A stretch of 64,000 nucleotides of DNA, taken from assembly GCA_004022145.1 (NCBI GenBank), contig RCNU01000003.1; one strand, given 5' to 3'. The position numbers and the translations under genes were made by a program. This DNA is from Paecilomyces variotii. Taxonomy: Eukaryota. Numbering within the stretch: position 1 is the stretch's first letter; every line of letters begins with the position of its first letter. The notes beneath the pieces are model-generated. The model was given only the letters and a program-made list of their open reading frames with translations. It had not been told where the DNA came from and searched no databases. Shown piece by piece: positions 13,167-25,915 of this stretch.

Positions 13167-16100
13167 TCCGAATCTGTGCATTATGCACCAATACGGAAGT
13201 TCAGCGTGCCAAAGACAGGGCATGGTGATCTTCTCTCGCTGTCTATTTCACTACATAATGACGTCCCATTTCGTCACGTAGCTAATTCATCAGCCAGGAA
13301 CATGATAATAAGTTCCTGTTGGAAAAATTCTGCATTCATAACGGAGCGCTGGTAACATTTGCTGTTTCTTGGGACGGGTCTTTGGTGGCGATCTCTGATG
13401 GAAAGTCGAGGGCTTTCTTCGAAAAGATCGAGCATTGGAAAGGAGTCGATGAGAAAACCTTTAGGTGAACTGTTTTAGTATAGGATTTCACTTTTTCGTA
13501 CCCATTTTTCTCACTGCAGGGCACGATTAGGTGCTCCGTGAAGATACTTGGGGGAGATATCCCAAGAAAGACGTGGTAGACGCAGTCTATGCCCGTGGCT
13601 TCTCCGCTGGACTCGGTATGAGGTTACGGGTGGAGGAGGATAGTAAAACCCGACGAGCATCTGAGATACTTAATCCTCATGATGGAGATGGAAACGCTCA
13701 GCTCAGAGCCTAAGATCCAGCGCACGACCGTGAGTCTAATCCAATAATGGATATCAACGAGCCTCAACTCGTCCTCGAATCCCAAACCTGGACTAGTCCC
13801 AGCCATCGTCATGCCTTGGGTGGAAGACCCCGTGCAGCTCTGATCACTACTGATATAACCTCCGCAAACTGGCCGTTCTAAATTATTGAGCATTGGCTAG
13901 GTATTAAGACTCATCGCCAAAGTTCCAAGGTGCGCCTTGGGTGCGCTGTCGAGTATCAAGTCACGTGACCAGGTGTATAGTTACAGCGATAACATAGTCT
14001 GCGCCTTACAATATACACGGTATCTTTGAAAATTCAGATGGAAAAGAAGTTCTTCCCAATGTTAATATTGAGTTTTATAAGGTTCATCGCTGGAATAGGT
14101 AAGTTGAAATACCATGAAGATTTATAGTAAAACCAAACATTAAAACTTGCGCTTAGTGATTAATCTCTATGGTTAAGTATATTCCTCTATCCAGGTCATT
14201 TTACATATAGAAGTTGATTATTAATGTGGAAAGCAGAATATTTTAGTTTTGGGTGAGTGAGTTTTCATTAAGTTTCAGCATCTTGTAAAGATATATATGG
14301 TAATGTAGTGGGAGGATAAGCGGGTAGGGAATGTGAAGAAGCAAGAGAGTATATCTTAGATAACCGGAGTCCAGGGACGTATGGAGATGATGCATCATTT
14401 TTGATCACAAAGATAAGTAGTAACTTCGGTGATTATGGGGCAGGGTCCCACGAGAAGCAGTGTTGGCTAGTAAATCGAGTCGGATTGTTGCTTGCTGGTA
14501 AGGGGATCTGAGAGAGTCCTTAGGTACTAAGTGCTATCTATCCTCCGATTCCTCGATAAACTCGAACGTAGCGGCTCTAGGAAGAGTCGTGATATCTCAT
14601 AACAGCGACAGCAAATATTTCAGATACTGTACTTGGGAGTGGTTGGTGATTCTGTAAGATCTGACCCTTATCGTGTTTAGTCAAACAGAATCATACCTGG
14701 GGGGGTTCCCAGATGTTGCTAGCGCTGACTTGTCGTAGCGTGAGATCGTGGAGACAGGACTAGACAGCTTAACTCGTGGCAAACAAAGGCAGAGTGTCCA
14801 GGGTTCGAGTATACAGTCCGTTCATAGAAATCGTGACATTCATATTTCAGGTAATGGGTTCAATTGGTGCGATTGGACGCCCGGATTCTCTCGTGCTATG
14901 TGGAAGCGTGAATAAGTGGAATTCTGTGGAACAATGGGGACATTGATGCTTACTGCCAAGTGACTAGAGCTGTCAAAAGGTTGTCTAGATTTTGACCGTT
15001 CTGAACGTCGCCGAGTAGCTATATGAAAAGGGCGTGTTACCAGGTATACCGCGAGTGAGGACCGGATGCTATCAGTCCGATGGACTGTTTGCTGCTGATC
15101 ATTGTTTGGCCCATGATAACAGACCTTGTTTCGATGTCAGGAACGTTAGTTGTGAAGTAGTAGTATACAATGTCTGTGGCTCTGTCTATGTTGTATTGGA
15201 CGGATCATGGCGCTCGAATAAGAATCTCGTCCTGTGTGTGCTATGATTATCTCATTTTCCTCATATTAGAATATTTTAGTTTAGTTATGTAGTCTAGGAG
15301 ATCCCCTTGGGAGTGTGAAATCTGCCTGCCTGAGGCAGGGGCATGGAAGGTACGTTTAGCTGAGTACAGCTCGTGATACGGAGGCATTAAATGAAAAGAT
15401 GAGGTCCAGAATCACCGTCTCTAATCCTAGAAGCAGCACCTAGAAGCAGCAGTACTTGACATCCTTCACTCACGATGAAGACAGCACAGTCAGGAAGGGA
15501 CTGTTGCCTTCCATGGTGGAAAGATAAGAAACGGATGAAAATCGGGAGAAGGGTCCCGAGAAAAATAAGCCATCACATTACCCCTCTTTTGCTTCTCGGA
15601 CTCTTTCGAACAGGTGGAGACGAAGCAGCACACAGAGTCTGCCATGAGATTGCAGCGCACGAACACGTTCACGCAGTCACTAAAGAAACACGCGATTGTA
15701 TCGGGGATATGTGTGGATTCCAGGGCTTCCGGAGCAAGGAGGTCACCGAAGGCCACGCTTCGAGCCATGTGTTTCCTTGTTCTTCAGCATTCGAATTTGT
15801 CCGGTCGAATAATAAATAATAACTGGGGATGATCATGCGTCACGGTGGTTCCTGTGTCAAGGCTGGATCGATCTAAGTCATCCCCATCGCTCGGGCGGAA
15901 AGACGGAAGATGGAGAAAAGGTGCAGCTGCTTGTGGCTGTGCGGCGTCAGTTCGCATGATGTGCCCCTATGCCGGATTTTTACATTCTACAACGCCATGT
16001 TCTACTCTGCACTCTGCACTGTCAACAGTAGTTAACGGCAATTGTGCGTCGTGGCTGCTGGGCGGCGTAGTCTGGCCGTTTCCAAGTGTCGGCATACCCG

Positions 16101-18290
16101 AGAAACAAAAAAAAAAATAAGACAAAAAAAAAAACCATCCAGCAAACAAGGCCAGCTAATACACGATGAATCACTCACTACTCGTCACTACTAAGTACTA
16201 ACGGGACGGTGCACTGCAAGAAGCAAGAAAAGGAAGGCGACCTTTTTTTTTTACCTGTCGAGAAGTATAATCGTTGAATTCCCAGTGATCGGGATGGAGA
16301 AAGCGGGTAAGAATGCGAATGCGGCTGGGTCGCTAAGAAGAATTAGACTCTGGATTCCAAATGTTTTATGTACTGCTAATTATAACTGCTGAGGTCCTGA
16401 TTATTATTATTATTACTACTGAGACCTTGACTCGGACACGGGTTCCGCATCGCCACATCGAGTGAAAAGCGAGCATCCGGGATAGCTTCCAATGTCTCTT
16501 TATACCGAGGACAGGAGATCAGGCGGAAATCGAATATGCTCGTCTATTGATGACAGTTGTGGACACTGCAAGAAAGAAACGGTAGAAATTCCCGTCTTCC
16601 CTGGTGATTGCCCGGCGATCATCGGATCTGTGCACATCCCCTTGGGTTATTATTATGATGATTATTACTTTGTTACCCCGCGGATCGTGCCATCCCGTCC
16701 CGAACTGCAGTTCGTCGCGGAACCATAAAAGCTTTCCCCAAGCGCGCTCTTTTGACTCCGGCAAGGCACAGCGTTCTGGGTCTCCCTTTTCGAGTTTGTG
16801 ACCTGTCAGGGCTTATAAGGTTACGCCTGACGTCTTCCTGCGACGAGTGATGATGTGCTCCTTGCCTAGAAGGGAGACAGATGCATCATGACTGGAGCTT
16901 TTATCCCTAGGTTTCGCCCGTCCAGGAAACCCCCTTGCGCCGCTTGGATCGGATCTGGCTCCTCACTTACCATACAATTGACTTACACTTCACTTCACTT
17001 GACATCTCGGCCCCACTGGTGGTGCTCTGGTGCCGGGTTATTCGACGATTGACACTTTTTCCAGCTTGATGGGTTTTTGTCACCTCTGTGTGGCACTGTG
17101 GACGAACCAGTGATCCGAGTCTATTCGGAGGTTAAAATTACTCGAGTCAATGGACATCATCAAATGGTTGACATCCTTTTAATCCCGTCGCCCCAAAAGC
17201 CCGTGGCCCGGGTGACGGAGGGCTCCAATGTCCCTTGCTTGCTTCAAGGCACCTTGTTCTTGGGACAGGGACGAGACAGATAATAATCATACAGAGACTG
17301 GGCAGCCGAACCAACGACCGGTGTTTTTCCATACATGTGGACCCCAATATTGAGTGCTTCAGCCTAGGTCCCTGGTAGACTTTCTTGATCATGTCCTCGG
17401 TACCGTATGCTTTTCGTGACTACGATGGCGATTCGTTAGACACCGGTCCAGCTGTCCATGGTGTCGTTTCCTATACCCAGTGCTCTACAATCGTTGTGTA
17501 CATCTCTAGGCTCTTGATATAATGGTTGTCTGTGGTCGTCGCTGGGGACACATCAGAGTTGTCGTCCTGACTGGTCGTGAGCCCATCGTAGGATTAACTA
17601 TCAGTGTTATTATGGCTATGATAATATCAAGCCACGATTGGGGCTTCTCTCGTACTGGGTAACCGACTAGGTAACCGACTAGGGCCACGCCTGTCTTTGT
17701 CGGAAAACTCAATACTCGCAACTGGAGCCTTGCTTGCATTGATGATTATCTTGTTCGGCTCTCCAAGCCCCGCATATGTCCCAAAGGAAGGGTTGGATAG
17801 TTACGGCGGCCAACCTTATCAATGTGCCCCATCGGGATGGTTGCCAGGAGGGCCGTCTTTGTTCTGGCTACCGGGTCAATCGATCTGTCCATGACCCGTA
17901 TAAGAGGTAGAAGAAGCCCCTGGACTCCCTAGACTTTTGGTCCGTATTGGGATCCATTGTTTTGTTGTTTTTCATTGTGTCAGCCAGGCTTATCTGTGCT
18001 GCGCCACGGGTAAGCAGTATACATAGTTGTATACATAGTTTTCTTTTGTACATATTGATTTGCATTTTCTTTGTCGACCCGGCAGCTGTATAGATAGCTT
18101 CGTCTTCTCCTGGAGACGAAGTTCCTGGGAGGCCAGTCTCAGAACACTGCGGGTTGGTTGTATATCGAGAACACCAGACAGTATTCTTTGTCTCACATTC
18201 ACACGCTTTTGCTTCATGGTGAGCAGCAACTACGGGACTCGCCTGGCCTGAACAACACAACCGAGTCTCTCCTGCCCCCCCCCCTCTCCA

Positions 18291-21200
18291 ATGCAGCACA
18301 CCACTACCCTGCTCGGTAGCGCTGTCGCTCCCAGTCCATCTGTCCCGAGGTGCAGACCCAGTCACCAACCCTCAACACGCCGTCGAGCAGCCGCTTCTAC
18401 TCCAAACCTGGTGATGGAGGACTCGCACAGCACCTCTAGCGGACGCAGGCCATCGCCGCGCTCCGCGGGAGCGTCGAACCGCCCAATGAAGAGTGAGAAT
18501 ATCCTGGAGCTGGTGCGCTTCTTTCAGACGCAAGACGCGCCATTACAGGGATCTCGTTTAGACGGCGGCAGCGCTCTGGATATCTTCAAGGCTGGTCGGC
18601 GACGCTTGCTCCAGCTTGCCCAGTCGAAGAGCGATAGACGACTTAAACGCGAGGGCGCAGCAACTCCAACGCCCTCCGAGAAGACAGACAATGCCTATCG
18701 CCAACTAGTCGCCCTGCAACGAGCGGGCTTCCTACCTACTTCGTCCGTCGATCAAGTTGACCGGCAGTCGTTGGATATGGCTCGTTCTCGGTCGAAGCGC
18801 GATGTCGAAGCGATTGGTCAGCCATGGCTCGAAGACGAGAGAGCGAAGAAGACAGCAGGAAATAACCGCGACCAGACCTCTGTAGACCTTTCAATAGACG
18901 ACCTACCGTCGCTCGTGGAGTTTTCGCTATCGTTCGAGGACCTGGCCGGGCCGCCGCCCTACCAGCCAGCCGAGCCCAGCCAGGACGATCACAAACGTGA
19001 AACGGCGGAGATGCCTGCTGGACTGCCTGATTTGGCCGCCGTTGAAGGTGGACAACAGGCCAGTTCCCCTGAGGGCAGAGCAGACGAGCAACGGCGTGTC
19101 GATAGCGCCGCCGAAACCGCCCATCACGGAGCCCCGTCTGCCCCTGGCGCTGAGGAAACGGCTGCTAAGCTCCGGCATGACAGCAGTGAAGTTGATGGAC
19201 ATGACGCAGGAGAAAAGAATGCGCAGAATTCGAATCTGAACCAGCATCTTCAGGATGCCCAGACGACTGTTCGTCTGAAGTCGCCCGATCCCCTGAGCGC
19301 TCGAGCTTCACGAACGCTGTTCCCAGACATTCTGCCTCCGCGCGTGTCCAGCAGGAGAAGTGCAACTCCAAGCTCCATCCTCGCTAGTTCCGGTGCGATT
19401 CCATCGAGTCGACAGCTTGGAAGCGCCCTGTCGATCTTCCCTCCGGCCTGCTCGTCCTCAGTGAATGAGGCTGAAGCTCACGGCAATCCCGCTGCCGTGA
19501 AGAACGACATCAACATCAGCATCGACAGCTTCCCGCTCCCTGATGGATCGAATTTGTCAACCACAATGCAGTCGATAATGTCTGGGGCTCCTGCACCCGT
19601 ACGAGCCTCTAGTGTTTCGCGCGACCCCTTTGTCAGTTCTCCATTGCGAGCCTCGTTCCATGCTGCGATCGACGGTGCACCTCCGCCAGCTCCCACCAGG
19701 CCTCTGCCATCGCTTCCAGAACCGGTTGTCGCTCAATGCGCGGGATCTGAGCGAAAAAGCACGGTCTCCAAGCGACGATTCCGCCCCTCGAGTACTTCAT
19801 ATCCAGATCCTTCCCCCGACCAGGGGCAATTCAATCATGATCGGGACGGCCCGCCCGCCGCTTACTCTCCCCGCCACCGCCGCGTCCTCGTTCCACGGTC
19901 TCCGAAGACTGCCAGAATGAGAAGCTATACGGCGGAGAGCACCTCAACTGCCGGAGAGGGAGACGCTCCGAACGTGGATCCCCAGATGGAGCATATCCGT
20001 CGCCGCGAGGAGAGGGTGCGGGCGCTGCGGATGCGCGATATCTCGCGGATTCGCAGTCACTCGAAGGCGGGGATGAAGTCGGAGCCCGAAGAAGAGAAAC
20101 ACTATGAAGAGTCCCCGGTGCTGGGCCAGTCGACCTTCCCTAACCACATCCCACCTAAACCCAGCGACGGAGACACTGCTAGCAAGCAAGATGCGTCGAG
20201 CAAAGAGGATACATCCGGCAAGGAAGACACGTCCAGCAAACCGGAGAACACCCTGAGACCGGAGAATGACAGACAGCGTCTTATTTGCAGGAGCCCTATT
20301 CCCGAAAATCCTCATCCTCCTCCAACAATGCCCCTCCCGGCTGACCCTCCAGTTGCTTTCCTCTATCGAGCGGGCAGCCAGAGGCGGACGGACTCGACGA
20401 CTTCGCTCCCTTTGTCTACTACCGGTAGCACTGGCGAGACATCTGTCGCGCCGAGTTCACCTCGCCACAAGCATACTTCCCACGCCAGCAGTGTTAGTAG
20501 GAGCAACAGCGCAAGGCGTTCACACAGGCTCTCCCTGGATTCAATCGTCATCGAAGACGACCGCCAGTCACGCAGACGCTCTGAGTCGCCGTCCTTGCCG
20601 TCGTCCGACGATGAGGCCTATGGAACACGAGTCCGCCCTGGCCGCTCCCGTGAAGAGCATAGTGACAGCCGGAAGTCGAAGAGGATTCCTCGTCCGAAGA
20701 GCATCGTGGTGACGGATTCCGACTCCAGCTCCTACAGGCGTAAATCATCGTCTGCTGACCAGGGAAATCCTCCCACCCCCAAGTTCCGGGGGCCATATGC
20801 CCCTGAACAGTCTTCGCCTCGATCGCAATATTCGCAACGGACCACCAATTCGCAGGAGTCCCGCGCTAGTCAATTGCATGGCGCTCCTCAGGCTCTGGAG
20901 GCGAGGATTGCACTGCTCGAACGCCAGAACAAGATGCTCCAAGCCGCCCTGCTTGCCGCACTTGATACTGGTGTGACCTTTGACTCGGACTGTGTGCGCA
21001 GTGGGCTCCCAACTCCTCTCCTCTCACCTGCTGGAGTTACCTCCCCGTTCATGGGGACGGGCTTCCCACCGACGCCTGGTCTGAATGGTTTGGGACTGGA
21101 CGATGTGTCTCATTCTCCTCATCACCCTGCGCCGCCAAGGACGATACAGAAACAGAGCCAGGACCACCGCCCCGACAGCTGGGCCAGTTCTCGTGACAGA

Positions 21201-21326
21201 GATCGCCGCAGCAGTTTTGAGACAACCCCCTCAGACGACGGCACTGACAGCGTCAAGGAACTGGAGGCGATGCTAGGTGAATTCGACTTGGCCCGTCCCG
21301 CCGGTGCTGCACAGAGAGCGCAGTAA
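18291..21326 (+). CDS. Hypothetical Ser/Pro/Arg-rich, largely disordered fungal protein with a C-terminal coiled coil (start may be 18414)
   Basis: 1011-codon uninterrupted ORF with short ordered blocks (ILELVRFF, RDVEAIGQPWL, REERVRALRMRD, LEARIALLERQNKMLQAALLAAL). Confidence 0.8.
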   Translation: MQHTTTLLGSAVAPSPSVPRCRPSHQPSTRRRAAASTPNLVMEDSHSTSSGRRPSPRSAGASNRPMKSENILELVRFFQTQDAPLQGSRLDGGSALDIFKAGRRRLLQLAQSKSDRRLKREGAATPTPSEKTDNAYRQLVALQRAGFLPTSSVDQVDRQSLDMARSRSKRDVEAIGQPWLEDERAKKTAGNNRDQTSVDLSIDDLPSLVEFSLSFEDLAGPPPYQPAEPSQDDHKRETAEMPAGLPDLAAVEGGQQASSPEGRADEQRRVDSAAETAHHGAPSAPGAEETAAKLRHDSSEVDGHDAGEKNAQNSNLNQHLQDAQTTVRLKSPDPLSARASRTLFPDILPPRVSSRRSATPSSILASSGAIPSSRQLGSALSIFPPACSSSVNEAEAHGNPAAVKNDINISIDSFPLPDGSNLSTTMQSIMSGAPAPVRASSVSRDPFVSSPLRASFHAAIDGAPPPAPTRPLPSLPEPVVAQCAGSERKSTVSKRRFRPSSTSYPDPSPDQGQFNHDRDGPPAAYSPRHRRVLVPRSPKTARMRSYTAESTSTAGEGDAPNVDPQMEHIRRREERVRALRMRDISRIRSHSKAGMKSEPEEEKHYEESPVLGQSTFPNHIPPKPSDGDTASKQDASSKEDTSGKEDTSSKPENTLRPENDRQRLICRSPIPENPHPPPTMPLPADPPVAFLYRAGSQRRTDSTTSLPLSTTGSTGETSVAPSSPRHKHTSHASSVSRSNSARRSHRLSLDSIVIEDDRQSRRRSESPSLPSSDDEAYGTRVRPGRSREEHSDSRKSKRIPRPKSIVVTDSDSSSYRRKSSSADQGNPPTPKFRGPYAPEQSSPRSQYSQRTTNSQESRASQLHGAPQALEARIALLERQNKMLQAALLAALDTGVTFDSDCVRSGLPTPLLSPAGVTSPFMGTGFPPTPGLNGLGLDDVSHSPHHPAPPRTIQKQSQDHRPDSWASSRDRDRRSSFETTPSDDGTDSVKELEAMLGEFDLARPAGAAQRAQ

Positions 21327-22896
21327 TCGGTCTCATTTTCTGACTCCATGGCACAACGAGAAAGACGAACCACTCCGCATACGACAGAGATACAAACGTC
21401 TATTCTATCCACATTCCATCTCAGCGGAAATACGTCCCCCTTCCCCCGCAGATGATTACCCTCTTCCTCTCTCTCGCCGTCGGAAGATAACGGCAGCTGT
21501 GATTTGACTGCAACGAAGACGATCTAGAATATGATCTTCAGCGATGTTTCGATATTGCTCTCTCCTTATCTGTTCTTTAATAATCGTCAAGGCTCGATCG
21601 AGAAGTTATTGTATGGTCTATTATTGTCGCGCATTAACTTACATGTTCTTCTTTCAAGGTCGGACTTGCAACTCGTACCCTGTGGGTCAACGTACTTGTC
21701 CTTTAACTTCGATTCTCTTTTTCTTTCGTTTGTTGATTTTTTTTGTTTGATATGCTTCATAGCTAGATACCACTTTTCCCCGCGGCGTCCCGAGTTTGAT
21801 GTATGTCTTGCTGCTGTTTATTTTAACAGTCAATTCAAAGCTGTCTGGGACGGATATGAATTGAAACCCAATTGAATGAAATTATTAAATAATTTGCCTC
21901 CTTTCGTACTACTTCATCAATACTAGTGTCGCACGTGGTGAGCCGTGGAGATCTCCCGCACCTTCGAGATCTGGTTAGGAGACTGCGCCATGACAGCTAG
22001 TTAAATTTGAAGATAGCTCATCCCTAAAGTATTACATAGCTACTTCTAGATCAATTAAGTAATAGTTCGAAACCTGACGATTTATGTAACCCTTACGCGT
22101 ATTATATGGTCTATGAAACGGCTGGTGAAACTTTTTCATAGTCTTGTTTGGTAGATCCAAGTATCATGGCTAAGGAAATTTCCTGTCGAACACAATCATT
22201 TGTTGCGCAGTAATGCACCTTGGATTCTGGAATACGATGAAATGAAGTAGGAAATTCCTTGCTCTCTGACCTATAAATGTGTACTCCTGAAATAACTATG
22301 ATCCTGTTTTCCTTTCTCGATGTTAACTGCTCTATTCTCTGGCAATAGGGTTAAGTTGGGTAGCGTATTCCGCCATATTAGAAATGATGCTAAAACTGCA
22401 TGACATCTGTGTAAATAATAATGATTCGCAGATGCTTCCAAACTAACAATATTGATACTCCGACGGAAACATCGGCAACGGTTCGAGATCTGCTAGTCAA
22501 ATGCATAAAAAGCTTAGCATGATGCTACCCGCTCGTTATTGGCTGAAAACGACATCCCACGTTTCTTCAACCGGAAGGTCGATAGTTAATAATAATATTC
22601 ATGGAAGCACATTTCCCAGGATTTCTTCTATATTACTTTAGCTTCTTCAGCGCACTTTCGCACGGTCCCTCGTGGCCGAATTCCACTGCCAAAGACTGCT
22701 TCAGTTTCGGTCACGTTTTATTCTTGCTCGCTCTCATTGGTTTTAATGTAGATATCTTTTTCTTTCCTGGAAGCCCACCAGCGGCTCAGTCCGCGTGGCA
22801 CATTGTGGTATATAAATAAAGATGAACAGAACGTAGGAGGACATGATCTCTACCAGAATCTCGTATCATTTTTGCTAGTTCTAAGCTCTAGTCGTG

Positions 22897-24110
22897 ATGT
22901 CGGTCCTCTCCGTAACTGTCGCCATGGCTGCCCTTGCTGGCATTGCCAGCTCTACTCAGCTTCCCGAGACCGTTACTCTTGGAGTCATCGGTGGTATGTA
23001 TATCTGCACAACACGTCTTTGCATATTGTATAGGACCTCGACTCGGGCTAACGGTGATTATTAGATTTTGGATGGACCGGCTGGAATCCCGCCCCGGCCA
23101 CTTTCTGCAACGACGTTATGCCCAAGTTGCAGGCAGCAAACATTACAATTCCACGGGAGCTCCAAAATGACTGCGATGCCGGCGACCGCGCGGCCATTAA
23201 CAATGCCACTGCATTGCAGGCCGACACGGCGAGCTATATCGGCCAGGTCTGCGAGCTCAAGGGATGCTCCGCATTCGTTTCCGTTGGCGACAACTTCTAC
23301 GACAGCGGTGTCGATTTTACCACTGGCGGCGTGATTCGTTTCCAGGAAGCGTGGGTTGACATGTATACGGGCCCGGCATTCAATACCACACGTTGGTATC
23401 AGTGTCTGGGCAATCATGATGTCGTCAAGGGCCAGGCTGGTGTCGACTTTGAGACCAAGATTGCGCCTGTATACGATGACCGCTGGTATTTCGGCACCAA
23501 GGGTCTACCATACTACTCGTACGATATCCAGGGTCGTGACTGGACTGCGACCTTTGTCGTTGTTGATTCAGACTGCTTCATCGACGACTACCAGGAGTCA
23601 ACCTCTGTGTATCAGAACGAGTACACTACCAGTTGCCACCAGGATACCCAGACTCAAGTCGACTTTCTGGCGCAGGCTTTCGCTAACTCAAATGCCGAAT
23701 GGAAGTTCCTCCAACTTCACCATGGTTTCCAGTCCTCGTTCACCAACTACACCGAACTGTGGCCACTCATTGAGATCGTGGAGCAACACAAGGCCACTGT
23801 GCTGAACGGCCACGACCACTGCATGGCTCACTATTACAACAACCAGACCAACTTCATCCTGTCTGGTGGCGCTGGGTATCCTGAGGTTGGAGACTGTAAC
23901 AATGGTGTTCCTCTAGGACCCTACACCAAGTGGCTTGGAGCCAACAACCAGTCAGCTGCCAATGGCTTCGTCACTCTCGACATCAGCAAGGAGTCCGTCG
24001 TCGTCGAGTACTATGCGCGCGATATGAAGTTCGAGGGCGGCGACCTTTATCCTGTCCAGAATGACCTGAATCCTTCTTATCAATTCACTATCTCTCAGCA
24101 GTCTCAGTAG
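22897..24110 (+). CDS. Secreted metallophosphoesterase, purple acid phosphatase/TRAP type; intron 22994-23064
   Basis: Signal-peptide-like MSVLSVTVAMAALAGIASS. Spliced GDFG is followed by GDNFY, GNHD, LHH and GHDH, the five PAP metal-binding blocks. Confidence 0.9.
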
Positions 24111-24565
24111 CTAGTTGGGAGAAGGAAAACCCTTTCGTGACATAATGTGATATAGAGATTTTTTTTTTTCATCATCTCACTATATGTACGTACCAACTCG
24201 TTGAGCTTGGTATATGGATATGAATGTATTTACCCGATATTTCGTTTGGATATATTGATATTTTAGAATGTTGCCTGCGAGTATGATGCGAGGGCTGTGC
24301 AGCCAGAAGTTGGTCACGTTGATCAACTAGTCTATCGTACTCATGGAACTCAATTATTATACAAGGAATAGGACGTCCACTTTAGTTAATGAATTAATGA
24401 ATTAGTAATTATATTAAGATTCTTCCCTATCCCTAACAGAAAAGATCCCACAAGCATGCTGCTCTACCGCAGCAGAACGACCACAATCAGTCCTTGAAAA
24501 CTCCATCATCCTAAATACAAAGTTCACTTGATGGAAAAAATGTAGGAACATGTCCGCAGATTGCA

Positions 24566-25915
24566 TTAACGACCCCTCTTAAAGCCATATTCATCACATG
24601 AAGGACATCTCCGTAATGGATTACCAATATTCTTCATTCTCCAATCAATAATAATGTCCGTCATGGTGCTCAGATAATCATTCTCTTTCGTATGTTTGAG
24701 ATAGGCGTTGGATTTAAACAAATCACGTCGTCTCATGTAAAACCCACCACTCGCGCAAAATCTATGATCCTCTTGAATTGGAACGCCAAAGGGAAAGGTA
24801 GAATACCAAATGCCTTGGTCCCAGTCACTCAGATCTTCCTCGCCACGCAGTGACTTCGCATAGCTGTACAGACTCACCAGAGTCATGTGCATATCCTCTA
24901 AGATATTCATTTCCGGATCGTAAGTCTCGATGATTTCCGGATACTGGTACACGATCTTTTGAATCTGTCTCTCGAATTCGGAGATACCATTCTGATCGAA
25001 CCATTGACTGAGAAAGTCCCGTCGTAACCGATCATAGATAGGACGGCGCGTTTTCCACATCTCCAAATGCAGCCAGAAGTAATCTCCCGCTACCGCGCGG
25101 TCCACGTCGTGTTCAAGGATCCCATAATCTTTGTGATTCGGCGATTCGCAATGTTTCCAAGCTTGGAGACGCACGGTTTCAATGCCTCTATTGATGACCC
25201 TCCAGTCCATCTCACGACGGAGTTGCCAGGAGTATGTTTCCATACTGATATCCTTCAGGTTCCTTAATGCGCAGAATGGTACAATAACGACATCATAGTC
25301 ATGTCGGGAGTTTATCACTTGGTAAACAGAGCTTTTGTTCGGTCGTCTCCATTCATTGAGCCAGTCGGCTTTGGACCCTTTCTGCAGACGGATAACCAAA
25401 CTGTCAATTGCAGTTTCTTTAATAACCGGGATCATCAGCTGGGTGATGTCTTTCCAGAGGAAAAATAGCTCGTGTGGGTTTGACGCGTTTGGCGCGCGTA
25501 GATTGACGATGACTTCCCAGAACTTGTGAAAAGGAAGATCGTAGAAGCCAGAAGATTTCGCATGTTTTATATCTTTCAGGTGCCATAGGGTCCCTTGATA
25601 GTGGAGGGCACCATCCACACGTCGGGAATAGAGCCTCTGCTCGAAAGACACGTTCAAACCGCGATGAAGAGGGTCCATAGTGAATATCAAGTTGGTGAAT
25701 TGATAAAGTAATTTGGATACTTCATTGTATATCTCTCTGCTTGTGCGTAAGATTCCGAGATCGGTTGCTTGAACTCGTTGTTTCGGATTGTATCTTTCAT
25801 CTTTTCCGGTTGGAATGAACTCCCACCAGATCAATTCTCTGACGTCGTAGGGTAATCTCTGAAAGAGGCCGAGACCTTGCTTTCTTATTGGTTTCTTAGA
25901 CGTTTTATTGAACAT
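24566..25915 (-). CDS. Hypothetical protein with F-box/2EXR-like N-terminal motif (paralogue A)
   Basis: Intronless ORF with LFQRLPYDVRELIW...LGILRTSREIYNEVSKLLY, alignable by eye along its length to 29111-30496. Start 25915 was chosen by comparison with the paralogue. Confidence 0.8.
   Translation of the reverse strand: MFNKTSKKPIRKQGLGLFQRLPYDVRELIWWEFIPTGKDERYNPKQRVQATDLGILRTSREIYNEVSKLLYQFTNLIFTMDPLHRGLNVSFEQRLYSRRVDGALHYQGTLWHLKDIKHAKSSGFYDLPFHKFWEVIVNLRAPNASNPHELFFLWKDITQLMIPVIKETAIDSLVIRLQKGSKADWLNEWRRPNKSSVYQVINSRHDYDVVIVPFCALRNLKDISMETYSWQLRREMDWRVINRGIETVRLQAWKHCESPNHKDYGILEHDVDRAVAGDYFWLHLEMWKTRRPIYDRLRRDFLSQWFDQNGISEFERQIQKIVYQYPEIIETYDPEMNILEDMHMTLVSLYSYAKSLRGEEDLSDWDQGIWYSTFPFGVPIQEDHRFCASGGFYMRRRDLFKSNAYLKHTKENDYLSTMTDIIIDWRMKNIGNPLRRCPSCDEYGFKRGR

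Noticed and set aside
15322..15337. TGCCTGAGGCA palindrome resembling the island motif
   Set aside because: The spacer differs (N1 vs N3) and it lacks the adjoining module; an isolated short palindrome is not sufficient evidence.
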